DNA from: a virus | Lineage: Duplodnaviria > Caudoviricetes | Length of the DNA stretch: 53,095 bases | Virus record (IMG/VR): IMGVR_UViG_3300027608_000043 | Span: 1-53,095 of that record | Strand: one strand, 5' to 3' | Shown here: positions 43,467 through 53,095 of the stretch, piece after piece | Layout of the letters: every line of letters starts with the position of its first letter | Position numbering within the stretch: the stretch's first letter is position 1 | Translations under genes and position numbers: made by a program | The notes under the pieces: generated by a model | What the model was told of the DNA's origin: nothing | What the model saw: only the letters and a program-made list of their open reading frames with translations | Databases searched by the model: none

Positions 43467-43847
43467 ATGACTTACTCCGGTTTCACCAATCCTGTTTACG
43501 AAGAGTGGAAGAAAAGTCAACAGAATCTTTTTAGTTCTTTCCACAACACTCCTTCTCCTTCTAAGGAAAGCCGTGAGACATTTTACTATGTGACAAGTGA
43601 GCTTCCTCCTTTAAAAGAAAGGACAGAAGAAGAAATAGCTAAGAGTAAAGAAGAGCAGAAGACTAGGTTGTACAACTTTTTGTACGACAGCTACACTGAA
43701 TTTGTTTCAGAAGGCGACCTTTCTTCTGAGGATTTCTTTGAAGCAATCCTAAAAGTGGCTACAGATGAACTCGAACGTAGTGGAAAAGAACATGCGCAAG
43801 CTGTTGTCCTTATGTCAAACCTTAAGAAAGAACAAACAGTTTTCTGA
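43467..43847 (+). CDS. Hypothetical protein
   Basis: 126-aa ORF. Confidence 0.55.
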   Translation: MTYSGFTNPVYEEWKKSQQNLFSSFHNTPSPSKESRETFYYVTSELPPLKERTEEEIAKSKEEQKTRLYNFLYDSYTEFVSEGDLSSEDFFEAILKVATDELERSGKEHAQAVVLMSNLKKEQTVF

Positions 43848-44016
43848 TGGATGAAGATCAGATCAAGAAATGGGAAAAAGTTAAGGCTGCCTTAGAAGAA
43901 GCAGGCAAGACAGACTGTTATTTTTATAAGAAAGCTTGTGCTGCTTTAAAGGGTATTGACTTGGACGTTTTTACAAATGAGCTTATAGAATAATAAGATC
44001 TAGCTAAAAGATACAG

Positions 44017-44685
44017 ATGGCTTGTTTAATTGCCAATCTTCCATCACAAGATGTATGGGTACGTAAAGAATATTTGATGGATCACCAGAGTGGATGGGGT
44101 GAGTTTGTTAAAGGTGTGTGGGTATCTGTTAAGTCAATGCCTGGACGCACCTTTTATTTTGAAACTTACCTACCAGAGTATGCAGCTATGTATGACAAGT
44201 TGCCTATCAGTGCATTTACTTCATCACCTACCACGCCTTCTCCTGATATGAATCTTCCAAACTTACAGTTTTGGAATTGTATGGACTATGGAGTAACTGT
44301 TGTACAGAAACAATTTATTGGTTCAATGGATTATGAAATTCGTACTCGTGATCATGGAAACCAAAAAGGAATTTATATTTGTACTATAGATAATTACCAT
44401 CAAGATCCTGATGCAATTGATTATGCTACCAGTGAAAATCCTGCTGAGCACAAGTCTTTTAATGTGATTGAGTTACAGAATGGTCAGTATGCTCTCTATC
44501 CAAATAACAGGATGAGAGTCTATGACAATAGTTTGACACCAGCAGAACCAAAGACGCCTGACTTTAAAGTATCTACCCAGTATTACCAGGTAGAAAATAC
44601 ATATGATCGTCTTGCTTTAGGTGATGATACTGATTATTTCTGGGATACACTAAAGGAACAGAAAGTTAATTTGCCCCTAGGCTAA
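44017..44685 (+). CDS. Conserved cyanophage-type hypothetical protein
   Basis: 'LIANLP...VWVRKEYL.DH..G.GEF..G.WVS.KS.PGR.FYFETYLPEYAAMYDKLPISAF' recognised from cyanomyovirus proteins. Confidence 0.7.
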   Translation: MACLIANLPSQDVWVRKEYLMDHQSGWGEFVKGVWVSVKSMPGRTFYFETYLPEYAAMYDKLPISAFTSSPTTPSPDMNLPNLQFWNCMDYGVTVVQKQFIGSMDYEIRTRDHGNQKGIYICTIDNYHQDPDAIDYATSENPAEHKSFNVIELQNGQYALYPNNRMRVYDNSLTPAEPKTPDFKVSTQYYQVENTYDRLALGDDTDYFWDTLKEQKVNLPLG

Positions 44686-45001
44686 ACAATACAGTAGCTG
44701 CTGTACCACCTGATTCAGATACAAAGATAGGTTGTACGTACCTAACAGGATGGTTAGCAATGTTGTAATGAGTCGTACCGTTAGCAGTAATAGTTTGGTT
44801 TGCAATTATCTTTGACCAGTTTGTACCATCAATTGAACCGTTTAATGCCACAACAACGTTAGTGTTAATGCTTGCAACAGTGGTAAACAAGGTGTAGTTC
44901 CTTGTATTAATAGTGCTGCCTAGCTGAACTGGTGTAGATATTCCAGAAGCAGGTGCTGCTAATGTGTCGTATGTAGCAAAGAAACTTTCTGCGTTAGCCA
45001 T
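44666..45001 (-). CDS. Small beta-rich protein, probably structural
   Basis: 'GSIDGTNW' motif; Thr/Ala-rich. Confidence 0.55.
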   Translation of the reverse strand: MANAESFFATYDTLAAPASGISTPVQLGSTINTRNYTLFTTVASINTNVVVALNGSIDGTNWSKIIANQTITANGTTHYNIANHPVRYVQPIFVSESGGTAATVLFSLGAN

Positions 45002-45078
45002 AACAAACTCTTTTTCTTATTCTAATTTAAGATTTTTAAAATAAACTTTGATAGACTATATGTAATAGTAAAGACTGT

Positions 45079-45633
45079 ATGTATACCTCTGGACCCGAGC
45101 CTGCTGCTCAATACGTACCAATGCCTAACGCAGTCGCTAAAGGTACAGAAGAGAAGCCAAAGAAAGTTAAGACGGTACCAGCTAAGCTTGGTGTTCCTGA
45201 TTTTATAAAGCAACTAACAAGTCATGCATCTTATGCTCACCAGCTTTATGTGCAAGCCCATCTAAATCATTTAAATTATGAGGGTAGTAACTTCCTTGCT
45301 ATCCATGCCTTCTTGAAAGATCAATATGAATTACATACTGAACAGTTCGATAGGTTAGCTGAGTTTGTACGCAGCATGGACTACCTTATGCCAATGTGTG
45401 GCTGTGGTTTAAAAGATGCTTACCCTAATTTCAAAAGTGTTACTAGCTATGACGGTAAGGCGATGCTGCTTACATACTTAAAGAACCTTGAAGATTTTGG
45501 TATGCAGTCAAAAGACTTGGGTGTTGCTGCAAAAGAAGTACAGGCACCTGATGTAGAAAACTATAGTGCTGAATTAGTAGGCGATTCATTTAAGTCAGCT
45601 TGGTTCCTGAAAGCTACTTTGAGAAATAGTTAA
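45079..45633 (+). CDS. dps: Dps/ferritin-like protein
   Basis: H..HLNYEG.NF..IH.....Y......D..AE and C-terminal K.AWFL. Confidence 0.8.
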   Translation: MYTSGPEPAAQYVPMPNAVAKGTEEKPKKVKTVPAKLGVPDFIKQLTSHASYAHQLYVQAHLNHLNYEGSNFLAIHAFLKDQYELHTEQFDRLAEFVRSMDYLMPMCGCGLKDAYPNFKSVTSYDGKAMLLTYLKNLEDFGMQSKDLGVAAKEVQAPDVENYSAELVGDSFKSAWFLKATLRNS

Positions 45634-45634
45634 G

Positions 45635-46525
45635 ATGATTCCTTTAGCCGGACAAAACAGAATTCTTAATTTTCTTTCAACTCCTTTAGGAGAAGAACTT
45701 GGTGAAGGGATCATGACCGGTGGGGTGGCCGGTTTATCCCAAGTTGGTTCTGATACAATACCTCAAGAAATAGCTTTAAAAACAGTAGGTGCAATTGCTG
45801 GTGGTGTAGGTTTAGGTATAGCAGGTCGACGTATTGGTGCTGCTATAGGTAAAAGAATTAACCCTAACGCATTAAAAGATCAAGAAGGAGCTCTTGCTAC
45901 TTTTGGTAGGGTAGCTGGTTCTGAAACTACTATGGAAGGTGCTAAGCGTCAAGCGCAAGTACTAAAAAATGTTGTTCAAGAGTCTCTTGTTAACGAGACC
46001 TCGGCTGCTATGCTAGAACAAGCTCTTGAAAATCCTAATTTATTTGCTGAAAAATATGGTGTAACTGCTGATGAATTTAAAGATCTAATACCATACGTAA
46101 AGAAAGGACGCATGGCAGCATCTGCAGCAAAAACATTTGAAATGTATTCAGAAAAAGAAAAACATGACTTAGTACATAATCTTAAAAATACATATAAACA
46201 AGTTGAGCAGGCTGTTGTTACAAATGCTGCTAATAACATTGATTCAACTATTAAAAAAGCAGTTGATAACCCTAACCTAAAAGATATGATATTACCAGGA
46301 ACAAATAAATCAGCTTCACAAATGTTTGAAAGTTTACTTAATGCTGCTCCTCCAGTTACAGGTGAGAATGTAGGCAGGGCTATAGGTAGGTTTGCTGGTG
46401 ATGAGATAGGTGTGTTAGCCGGACTAAGTGCAGCAAGTGCCTTAGCGGGACCGTTAGGTATACAAAGCCCTAAAGATATAAAAATTAAAAAACTAGAACA
46501 AGACCTACAACAAAAAAATAATTAA
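45635..46525 (+). CDS. Gly/Ala-rich hypothetical protein resembling the virion-arm proteins
   Basis: 296 aa with glycine-zipper segments. Confidence 0.55.
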   Translation: MIPLAGQNRILNFLSTPLGEELGEGIMTGGVAGLSQVGSDTIPQEIALKTVGAIAGGVGLGIAGRRIGAAIGKRINPNALKDQEGALATFGRVAGSETTMEGAKRQAQVLKNVVQESLVNETSAAMLEQALENPNLFAEKYGVTADEFKDLIPYVKKGRMAASAAKTFEMYSEKEKHDLVHNLKNTYKQVEQAVVTNAANNIDSTIKKAVDNPNLKDMILPGTNKSASQMFESLLNAAPPVTGENVGRAIGRFAGDEIGVLAGLSAASALAGPLGIQSPKDIKIKKLEQDLQQKNN

Positions 46526-46809
46526 TGTCACAAGATACTAACAAATATACTAAGCCTGAATTACGTGAGCGTATTAAAGATCGTATAATGGCAGGTAGCA
46601 AAGGAGGGAAGCCTGGTCAATGGAGCGCTAGGAAAGCTCAACTTCTTGCACAAGAATATGAAAAAGCTGGTGGTGGGTACCAAGGTGGAAAAGACTCTAA
46701 ACAAAAATCGTTGGAAAAATGGGGTAAAGAAAAATGGCAAACGAAAGATGAATATGAAAAACGCAGTAAAGCTAAGGCTGCTGCTAAAAAATATAAGGAG
46801 AGTAAGTAA
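46525..46809 (+). CDS. DUF5872-like basic protein, N-terminal part
   Basis: YTKPELRERIK..IMAG.KGGKPGQWSARKAQLLA..YEKAGGGY. Confidence 0.7.
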   Translation: MSQDTNKYTKPELRERIKDRIMAGSKGGKPGQWSARKAQLLAQEYEKAGGGYQGGKDSKQKSLEKWGKEKWQTKDEYEKRSKAKAAAKKYKESK

Positions 46810-47006
46810 TGGCTGATAAAGCAATCCAACCTGATCACACTAAGCGTTACCTGCCAGAGAAAGCATGGGCTTCTTTATCTAAAGAAGAGAGAGCTAAGAC
46901 TGACGCAAAGAAAAAAGCTGGCAGTAAACAAGGTAAACAATTTGTACCTAATACAGAAGCAGCTAAGAAAGCTAGTAAGAAAGCAAGAACACCTAAGAAA
47001 AAATAA
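46809..47006 (+). CDS. Basic protein, companion of the previous gene
   Basis: RYLPEKAW.SLS.EE...TD.KK..GS..GKQFV.NT. Confidence 0.65.
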   Translation: MADKAIQPDHTKRYLPEKAWASLSKEERAKTDAKKKAGSKQGKQFVPNTEAAKKASKKARTPKKK

Positions 47007-47049
47007 AGTTGAATAAGACATTTGCTTATTCAAACTTAACCCTTAATCT

Positions 47050-47250
47050 TTAATAAGGTCCGCACTTAGATGGGTCACTTGCTCTATTAATAAAGTGTTC
47101 AATACTTTTAATAGCATCTAACTTAAGAAGAACTTCAGATAAAGCTTGGATAATAATAGGGTGTTCTCCACGGGCGGAGAAGGCTAGCCCATTACGTAAG
47201 GCTGCAATAGCTTCGTTAACAGAATCATCTACTTGTTTGGTAAGTGCCAT
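47050..47250 (-). CDS. Hypothetical cyanophage-type small protein
   Basis: 'MALTKQVDDS..EA...LRN.LAF.AR.E.P' motif. Confidence 0.6.
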   Translation of the reverse strand: MALTKQVDDSVNEAIAALRNGLAFSARGEHPIIIQALSEVLLKLDAIKSIEHFINRASDPSKCGPY

Positions 47251-47292
47251 GGAATTGTTTTGGTTAGGTGGGATAGGTTATCTTGTGATATA

Positions 47293-48633
47293 TTAGCAGG
47301 TCTTGGTTACTGTCCAGATTAAATCATCATACCTACCTTTGGTTCGACGTACGTCAAATGTACGTACAGAACTACGGTGTTCAGCAGAAAGTCTCTTGGT
47401 TAAAACGTCAAGATGATTACTGTCTTGAATATCCTCAATTATTAAAATACCATTAAGATTTAATAAGGGAAAGTAATTGTCTACAACAAAGTTTTGACTA
47501 TGTAAAGAATGGGGACCGTCATCAATAATAATATCAAAACCGTTAGGTACTTCTTCTTTAAACCTTTGAACTAAACTATTATCATATGCATTAGTACAAT
47601 AGAACTTATAGCGATCTTTATCCATGCTGTTCCAGATTTTACTAGGGACAACATCTGCAATATCAACTAGATGTAAAGAAAATTCAGGAAGATAGTCATG
47701 CCACAATAAAGAAGATCCACCATGCTGTACACCTATCTCTAGTAGGGTACCAGGGGAGTTACGATAGTTTTTAAGAACATGATCATAGATTCCAGTGTAG
47801 TTATGCAGACTGTTTTTATCTGTTCCACCTGGATATTCAAAGCCATTTACGTTGTGTTTATCTAAGATTTCTACAATGTCATCTGCTGGGTTGCACCAGG
47901 AAAGAGCAGATAGTTTTGGTTTGGTTTGAGTTGTTGTCATCTTGGGAAACTCTGTGTCTGTAAGATAGTTCTTACTATAGCTGGTTTTAGGGTACGGCTG
48001 TACATAATGCTGCGCATTATTTAATTTATTTAATCCTGTTTCCCACAAATTCTTAACTGTTGGATTATTGCTACCGATCCAGAACTCTCGGAAGTATCGC
48101 ACTGGTTTATGTAGTAGGTACTCATCGGTTAATGCCGCAATATAGTTGGTGTTTGCCCACCAGAATCCTCCAGAAAAATGGGGGTAGTCACCTAGCATCG
48201 TCTGTGTTTGCCAGTTGATTCCTGTTGTTGCATATCCCTCATCTAGATATGATACACACTTAGTCCAGTTATGGATAGTGAAGTATTCCATACAATGACG
48301 CCAGTCTTCTACATACTTAAAATCTGGTTGATCTATTCGTGAGATCCCTTTGGTATGCATATACAATACATACGAATCTGGATTAGCTTTTGCCCAGGTA
48401 TGTAACGCTTCTAACGTATTTGTTTCTTCTGTCTTATTAGTGTTTTCTATTACGACAGCCTTGGCTGGAGCTTTGATTAAAGAGGGATCTCCATTTACTC
48501 CTATATGAAAATAATCTAGGGAGTCATAAAGACCACTCAACCAAACTGCTCCCATCTGTTCTTGGTACATGGTTTCCCATGCATGAGGTTCACAAGGAAA
48601 CACATGATAGAAGACAGCAAGTTTAGTCATCAT
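47293..48633 (-). CDS. Fusion: glycosyltransferase-like domain plus class I SAM methyltransferase
   Basis: N-half VLYMHTKG...WR..M.YF...HFSGGFWWA; C-half GTDK...H.Y...LLEIGV..GGS...FDIIIDDGPH. Confidence 0.7.
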   Translation of the reverse strand: MMTKLAVFYHVFPCEPHAWETMYQEQMGAVWLSGLYDSLDYFHIGVNGDPSLIKAPAKAVVIENTNKTEETNTLEALHTWAKANPDSYVLYMHTKGISRIDQPDFKYVEDWRHCMEYFTIHNWTKCVSYLDEGYATTGINWQTQTMLGDYPHFSGGFWWANTNYIAALTDEYLLHKPVRYFREFWIGSNNPTVKNLWETGLNKLNNAQHYVQPYPKTSYSKNYLTDTEFPKMTTTQTKPKLSALSWCNPADDIVEILDKHNVNGFEYPGGTDKNSLHNYTGIYDHVLKNYRNSPGTLLEIGVQHGGSSLLWHDYLPEFSLHLVDIADVVPSKIWNSMDKDRYKFYCTNAYDNSLVQRFKEEVPNGFDIIIDDGPHSLHSQNFVVDNYFPLLNLNGILIIEDIQDSNHLDVLTKRLSAEHRSSVRTFDVRRTKGRYDDLIWTVTKTC

Positions 48634-49826
48634 TCCAGATCATTTATATAGTCACTATACATACTGATCTCGGTGGCAGGAAGCATTGTAATAATACGTC
48701 CTTTGTAGTGAGGCCTTAAACTTTTGATAATGTAATCTTTAAAGTTGTGGGCTAACACAATTAAGTTGTCAGGTTGATTCTTGTATAGGTAATCACGATC
48801 CATAATTTGCATTCCAGTACCAGGGACGTATAGCCCTTGTTTGGATGTAGTATCATCAACAACATAAGCTCTGGGTTTAGTGGCGGTTGTCACACCTAAC
48901 GCATTCAGGTATACACATCCTTTGGCCGCTGCCCCAAAGTAGGCAGTCTCCCCTTCCAGATTATTAAGAAAACATATATCTTTTATAATTTTTACATCAA
49001 GATCAGAACGGCAACGTTTAAAATCAAACTCCTGTTCTTGTTTTATAAAATCAAGGTGAGCATTCGTGTTGGCATAAACTTCTTTATTTGTTATCCATAG
49101 ACGCATCGTTCCCCCATGTATAGAAAGTTCTTCTGCATTGAAGATATGTAAGCCATACTCTTCAAACAATTTTTGTAGAGGTGACACAAGCCAATAGTAG
49201 TAGTGTTCGTGATAGAACTGATCAAACTGTAAAGTCTTAAGGGTATTTAACGTGTAAGGAAATTCAAGAATCCATACACCATCTAGATGTTCCTTGATGC
49301 CTTCAACAAATTTACGGGCATCTGAAGTATGTTGAAATACATTAGTAGAAATTATTAGATCAGCTTTAGGTAAGGCTAAGTCTTTATTGAAGTATGCATT
49401 AACGTATTCAATATTTGCAATACGATTTTCTTCTAAGAAAGAAGTACTGGCATCTACATTAATCAAACGTAGTTTATCTGTTGTCTGTGACTGAAAAGCT
49501 TTAAGGAGTGTGCCATCGTTTCCTCCAATATCAATAATGGTATTGTGTGTGAGATGTTTTAGTTTGTGCCAGAGGAGGTAACAGTGGTTAATGTAAGGTT
49601 TGTTGACTCCTGAATGATAGAGATAGTTCTTGTACAGCTTGTCTGGTGGTACAGCAGTACTAAGTTTAATGACTAGCTTGTCATCTATGGTCGCTTTCAA
49701 TGGATAGCGTTTAGCTGATAGAGCTTCCTTCCTTGTCTTACACAAGTTGTTGACTAAAGGTTGGGTGCCTAGATCAACTAAGGTTTGTTCAAATCCACCT
49801 AAGTCGTTGCGTTCGGGTTGGATCAT
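48630..49826 (-). CDS. NDP-hexose C-methyltransferase-like protein
   Basis: DLG.QPL.N, YLY.SG, DIGGNDGTLL, FDQFYHEH, HGGTMR, GAAAKG, KQG.Y.PGT; likely start ATG 49826. Confidence 0.82.
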   Translation of the reverse strand: MIQPERNDLGGFEQTLVDLGTQPLVNNLCKTRKEALSAKRYPLKATIDDKLVIKLSTAVPPDKLYKNYLYHSGVNKPYINHCYLLWHKLKHLTHNTIIDIGGNDGTLLKAFQSQTTDKLRLINVDASTSFLEENRIANIEYVNAYFNKDLALPKADLIISTNVFQHTSDARKFVEGIKEHLDGVWILEFPYTLNTLKTLQFDQFYHEHYYYWLVSPLQKLFEEYGLHIFNAEELSIHGGTMRLWITNKEVYANTNAHLDFIKQEQEFDFKRCRSDLDVKIIKDICFLNNLEGETAYFGAAAKGCVYLNALGVTTATKPRAYVVDDTTSKQGLYVPGTGMQIMDRDYLYKNQPDNLIVLAHNFKDYIIKSLRPHYKGRIITMLPATEISMYSDYINDLE

Positions 49827-50523
49827 ATTTCCAGTAATCGACTGGATAGTTTTTGTTAAAAGGCGTAACATACGTTTCCTTGTTGGGAGGTCCTCCCCAT
49901 TTCTTTATATAATAGTTGTAATTTTCTTGAAATGTAAAGTTGTTTTTTTGTTGGAAGATAGTAGAACTTTTTAAGGTGCTGCTCGTCTGGTGTTCATTAG
50001 TAAGAGGGATGGATGTAATCTTGGTATTGGTTAGCTTAAGACGGTAGCGATAGTCGTTGTCTTCAAAGTAACCGGGGAAAAAGTTTTCATCAAAGTAACC
50101 CACCCGATCTAAAAGCGTAGGAGTCAATACAAGACCACACATCTCATCGTTTCCAGTGCCAAGGGTTGCACCAAAGGGGAGCAGATCGCTTTTACTAAGG
50201 ACTTTCTGCCATTCGCCAGGGGCTACCCACCAATCAAATCCTGTAATAATCCAGTGGTTGCAGTCAGTGTTCTGACGGACTATTAGGTTTACTGCCCCAG
50301 GGAATCCTACGTTCTGTGATAAGGAGCAAACAACAACCTTATCAATGTGCTTTGGCTTCCAGTTGATGATATGTTTTATGGCCTCACCCACGGAAGGGTC
50401 TTTGCCCATGGAGTTATCTAGGATGAAATACCGCTTAAGGGGTACATCAATTGTTTCAAAATGACGTATGAGTTTGTCACCGTCTACCAGAATGGGAACA
50501 GCGATCAGGTCAAGTTTTTTCAT
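49789..50523 (-). CDS. Glycosyltransferase family 2-like
   Basis: ILDNS, NVGFPGAVN, VGYFDENFFPGYFEDNDY..R. Confidence 0.78.
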   Translation of the reverse strand: MKKLDLIAVPILVDGDKLIRHFETIDVPLKRYFILDNSMGKDPSVGEAIKHIINWKPKHIDKVVVCSLSQNVGFPGAVNLIVRQNTDCNHWIITGFDWWVAPGEWQKVLSKSDLLPFGATLGTGNDEMCGLVLTPTLLDRVGYFDENFFPGYFEDNDYRYRLKLTNTKITSIPLTNEHQTSSTLKSSTIFQQKNNFTFQENYNYYIKKWGGPPNKETYVTPFNKNYPVDYWKYDPTRTQRLRWI

Positions 50524-50666
50524 AGGTCTATACGTAGGTAGTCCGCGTCCTTAGCAATAAGGGTTACTTCGTATTCATCAGCTTCATCAGTCAGAATATC
50601 TGTGACGTATCCATCCGACTCTTCCTTGTCCGTACAGATGTAGAAGCGAGAAATATTACAGCTCAT
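50520..50666 (-). CDS. Small acidic protein (48 aa, MSCNISRFYI...)
   Basis: Translated by hand; ATGA overlap with the GT2 start. Confidence 0.5.
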   Translation of the reverse strand: MSCNISRFYICTDKEESDGYVTDILTDEADEYEVTLIAKDADYLRIDL

Positions 50667-50814
50667 AATGAGGGACACATAAGAGTAGGGGGTTTAGATC
50701 AAGTATAACGGAAGAAAGGAAGGGGTAACAACAATAAAGAAAGTATTAAGAGAATAGGTAGGGGCGTATTAAATTCTGAGATAGACTATATTTAAGATAA
50801 GTTAAAACCTTGTA

Positions 50815-51615
50815 ATGTCTGTTGATTACGCAGAATTAAATCAGCTACCTTCCAGGGTCACAATTAATGGTAAACGCCATTACAACACACCCTTCTATAC
50901 GGGGCCTGCACCTTCAGTAACCACAATTCTTTCGGAGACTGCATCAGAAGCCAACAAGAAAAAACTAGAGATGTGGTCTAAGAATAATCCTGGTGTAAAG
51001 GAAGCTGCTGCAGAGAGAGGTACCTTTATCCATAGTTGTATGGAGAATTATTGCAAGAAGGTTCCAGTTGAGGTACCCGAGGATTATCAGCCTTACTGGG
51101 AAGGCATGCCAAAGATATTGGATCAGTTTGATGAGATACTTTGGGCTGAGACACCCCTACTAGATAAACATCAATTTGCTTTATCAGAAGACGGGGTAGG
51201 CAGAGTATGGGGTAAGGATCATGAAGATAGAGCTTGGGCTGGATCACCTGACCTTATCGGAGTGGTTAACAACAAGTTAACATTAGCTGACCTTAAGACT
51301 AGCGTTAAACCTTACTCAAGAAACTGGCCTAAAGATCTAGAAAAAGGTTCGGCTGAATGGCGTGATCTACTGGGAGGTCACATGAAATTTAAAAAGACTT
51401 TGAAGCAACTAGCTGCATACGACTTAGGTATTGAACAAACTCTTGGGATGAAGGTCCAGCAGGCAGCCATCCTTGTTTCAACTCCTATCAGGACACAAGT
51501 TTTTAAAATATCCAGGAGGTTTTTGGATAGCTTAAGGGAAGATTGGTTCAAGATTGTAGAGGAATACTATCAACAGATGGAGAATCAGGTAATGCATGAT
51601 CCTGATCTAATTTAA
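50815..51615 (+). CDS. PD-(D/E)XK exonuclease
   Basis: PSVTTIL, RGT.IH, AGSPD, ADLKTS, QLAAY. Confidence 0.85.
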   Translation: MSVDYAELNQLPSRVTINGKRHYNTPFYTGPAPSVTTILSETASEANKKKLEMWSKNNPGVKEAAAERGTFIHSCMENYCKKVPVEVPEDYQPYWEGMPKILDQFDEILWAETPLLDKHQFALSEDGVGRVWGKDHEDRAWAGSPDLIGVVNNKLTLADLKTSVKPYSRNWPKDLEKGSAEWRDLLGGHMKFKKTLKQLAAYDLGIEQTLGMKVQQAAILVSTPIRTQVFKISRRFLDSLREDWFKIVEEYYQQMENQVMHDPDLI

Positions 51616-51676
51616 AGATTCCTTAGAGATTAGGTCACATCAGTAGCGGTAGGATGGTAGATGTTGCCACAAGGGG

Positions 51677-51868
51677 ATGGACATTTACGTCAGCACAGGG
51701 CAGTGGATGAAGACCTTGATGGAACAGATGTCAGGAAACACTGACATACCAACTTGTTTTCGTCTCCCGTCGTCCCAACACGTTCATGCTTTTCTCCTTG
51801 TAAAAGAATCTAGTTTTTCTCAGCAACCTTTTACATATACACTAGAAGAAGAAGCAACAGCAAAATGA
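51677..51868 (+). CDS. Hypothetical small protein
   Basis: 63 aa, ATGA overlap with the primase. Confidence 0.5.
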   Translation: MDIYVSTGQWMKTLMEQMSGNTDIPTCFRLPSSQHVHAFLLVKESSFSQQPFTYTLEEEATAK

Positions 51869-53095
51869 AAGGACAAAAAACTTCCCTTGCACCTGGTGAA
51901 ATAAGGCTTGATCTTATTCCACTTGATTGGCCCTTAACTCCTTTAGGGGAGAAAAAAAATCCTTACAAGGCAGGCTGGCAAAATAAACCATTCGGTGTCA
52001 GTGAAATCGAAACAGAATTGGTAGAAGGACACTGTAAAGCAATCGGTCTGATGTCAGGCCCTGCTTTTAATAATCCCTACGGTTTGGTATGGGTTGATGC
52101 TGATGGTCCCAGTGTTGCCAAACTTATTGTTGATACTGCTGGTTGCTCATTAGAAGAAGCTTTACCTAAAACGCTTACTATTAAGAGTGGGAAAGAAGGA
52201 AGGTTTCGCAAGCTATATAAGTTAGAGCGTAAAGATTGGCAGCATTTCACAAGAAATAAATATGTTTGGCATGCAGAAGCTAACCGTGAACAATTAGAAG
52301 TCCTTTGGGAAAAGCACCAGGGGGCATTGATGGGTTTACATCCAGAGACCGATGGCTACTTTACGGCAGAAGGGGAAGGATTTGAATGGGCACATAAATT
52401 ACCGTTGCTTCCTGCTTGGTTATTGAATGGGATCATAAATAAAAACGTTAGACAGGGCAAGCCTGCAGCAGAACACAGTCGTTTTGTTGGTCCAGGGTTT
52501 GCTATTAATACAACAATTTCTCTTGAGAGGGATATTAAGTTAGCACTCGAAGGTATGTATGCCTGTCCACCAGAGGCTGCTGATGATCACGATATCTGGA
52601 TAACCATAGGGCAAAGTTTGCATTCATTAGATGAATCATTACTGGAGCATTGGGATAACTGGTCAAGGTTGAGTGATAAATATAAAGAGGGTGAATGCCA
52701 TAAAAGATGGAAGTCTTTCAGTAAAGAAGGTGGGCGAGGTGTTGGAAGCATCATCTATGTAGCAAAAGATTATGGTTGGCATCCACCGCAAGATCATAAG
52801 ATACTACCTGCAGATGATGCATTGGTAGAACAAACAGCTCTCCTATTAAACAACTTGGCTTTAGAACAAGAAATTACTTTTAATTATCTCCCTGATTCTA
52901 GCCCTCAGATGAATGGTACTACTGCTTTGATTGCCCCAGTGGAACTGGTTGATACACGTAACACATTACCTTTGATAGAAGAAGAGGAAATACAAGAGAA
53001 AGGGAAGAAAGATAAGATACGTAATGCTCCGGCTAGTGTTATTGCTGATGTGTTGATGCAAGATTATAAGGGCAGATTGTTATTCAATAGAGTCC
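51865..53095 (+). CDS. Bifunctional primase-polymerase (Prim-Pol) with PriCT-2 domain, truncated by the window end
   Basis: Translated by hand: WPLTPLGEKKNPY..GWQ, LVWVDADG, GLHPETDGY, then DD.DIWITIGQSLH......W..WSRLSDKY..GEC.KRWKSF. Confidence 0.85.
   Translation, partial: MKGQKTSLAPGEIRLDLIPLDWPLTPLGEKKNPYKAGWQNKPFGVSEIETELVEGHCKAIGLMSGPAFNNPYGLVWVDADGPSVAKLIVDTAGCSLEEALPKTLTIKSGKEGRFRKLYKLERKDWQHFTRNKYVWHAEANREQLEVLWEKHQGALMGLHPETDGYFTAEGEGFEWAHKLPLLPAWLLNGIINKNVRQGKPAAEHSRFVGPGFAINTTISLERDIKLALEGMYACPPEAADDHDIWITIGQSLHSLDESLLEHWDNWSRLSDKYKEGECHKRWKSFSKEGGRGVGSIIYVAKDYGWHPPQDHKILPADDALVEQTALLLNNLALEQEITFNYLPDSSPQMNGTTALIAPVELVDTRNTLPLIEEEEIQEKGKKDKIRNAPASVIADVLMQDYKGRLLFNRV

Noticed and set aside
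1-53095. Alternative genetic code, integrase or tRNA genes
   Set aside because: Conserved genes are intact under the standard code; no recombinase motif or canonical tRNA was seen in this window

Overview
A 53 kb segment of a tailed dsDNA phage. The host is probably a cyanobacterium; this is inferred from several proteins that resemble cyanophage families, not from a search. Bases 1-23.9 kb (- strand) are the morphogenesis arm: terminase with a class 3 intein, portal overlapping a scaffold-like gene by 545 nt, major capsid protein, a circularly permuted M23 peptidase, a SleB-like hydrolase and many Gly/Ala-rich putative virion proteins. Bases 24-44 kb (+ strand) are an early/replication arm with many small ORFs, PcfJ-like and gp88-like genes, family A DNA polymerase with an intein, SSB, a SWIM protein and a Gp157-like protein. 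Bases 44-53 kb hold Dps, a glycosyl/methyltransferase cluster, a PD-(D/E)XK nuclease and the start of a primase-polymerase. The most striking feature is non-coding. The intergenic spaces of the early arm carry repeated RNA-like modules that show compensatory base changes: 9-11 copies of a 28-nt H-type pseudoknot usually about 21 nt upstream of a start codon, a non-Shine-Dalgarno CCAYYGCAAY motif 6-7 nt before the ATG, two D-armless tRNA-like elements each followed by a second pseudoknot, three internal-loop hairpins, and a canonical type II hammerhead ribozyme. All structures were folded by eye and no database searches were run.
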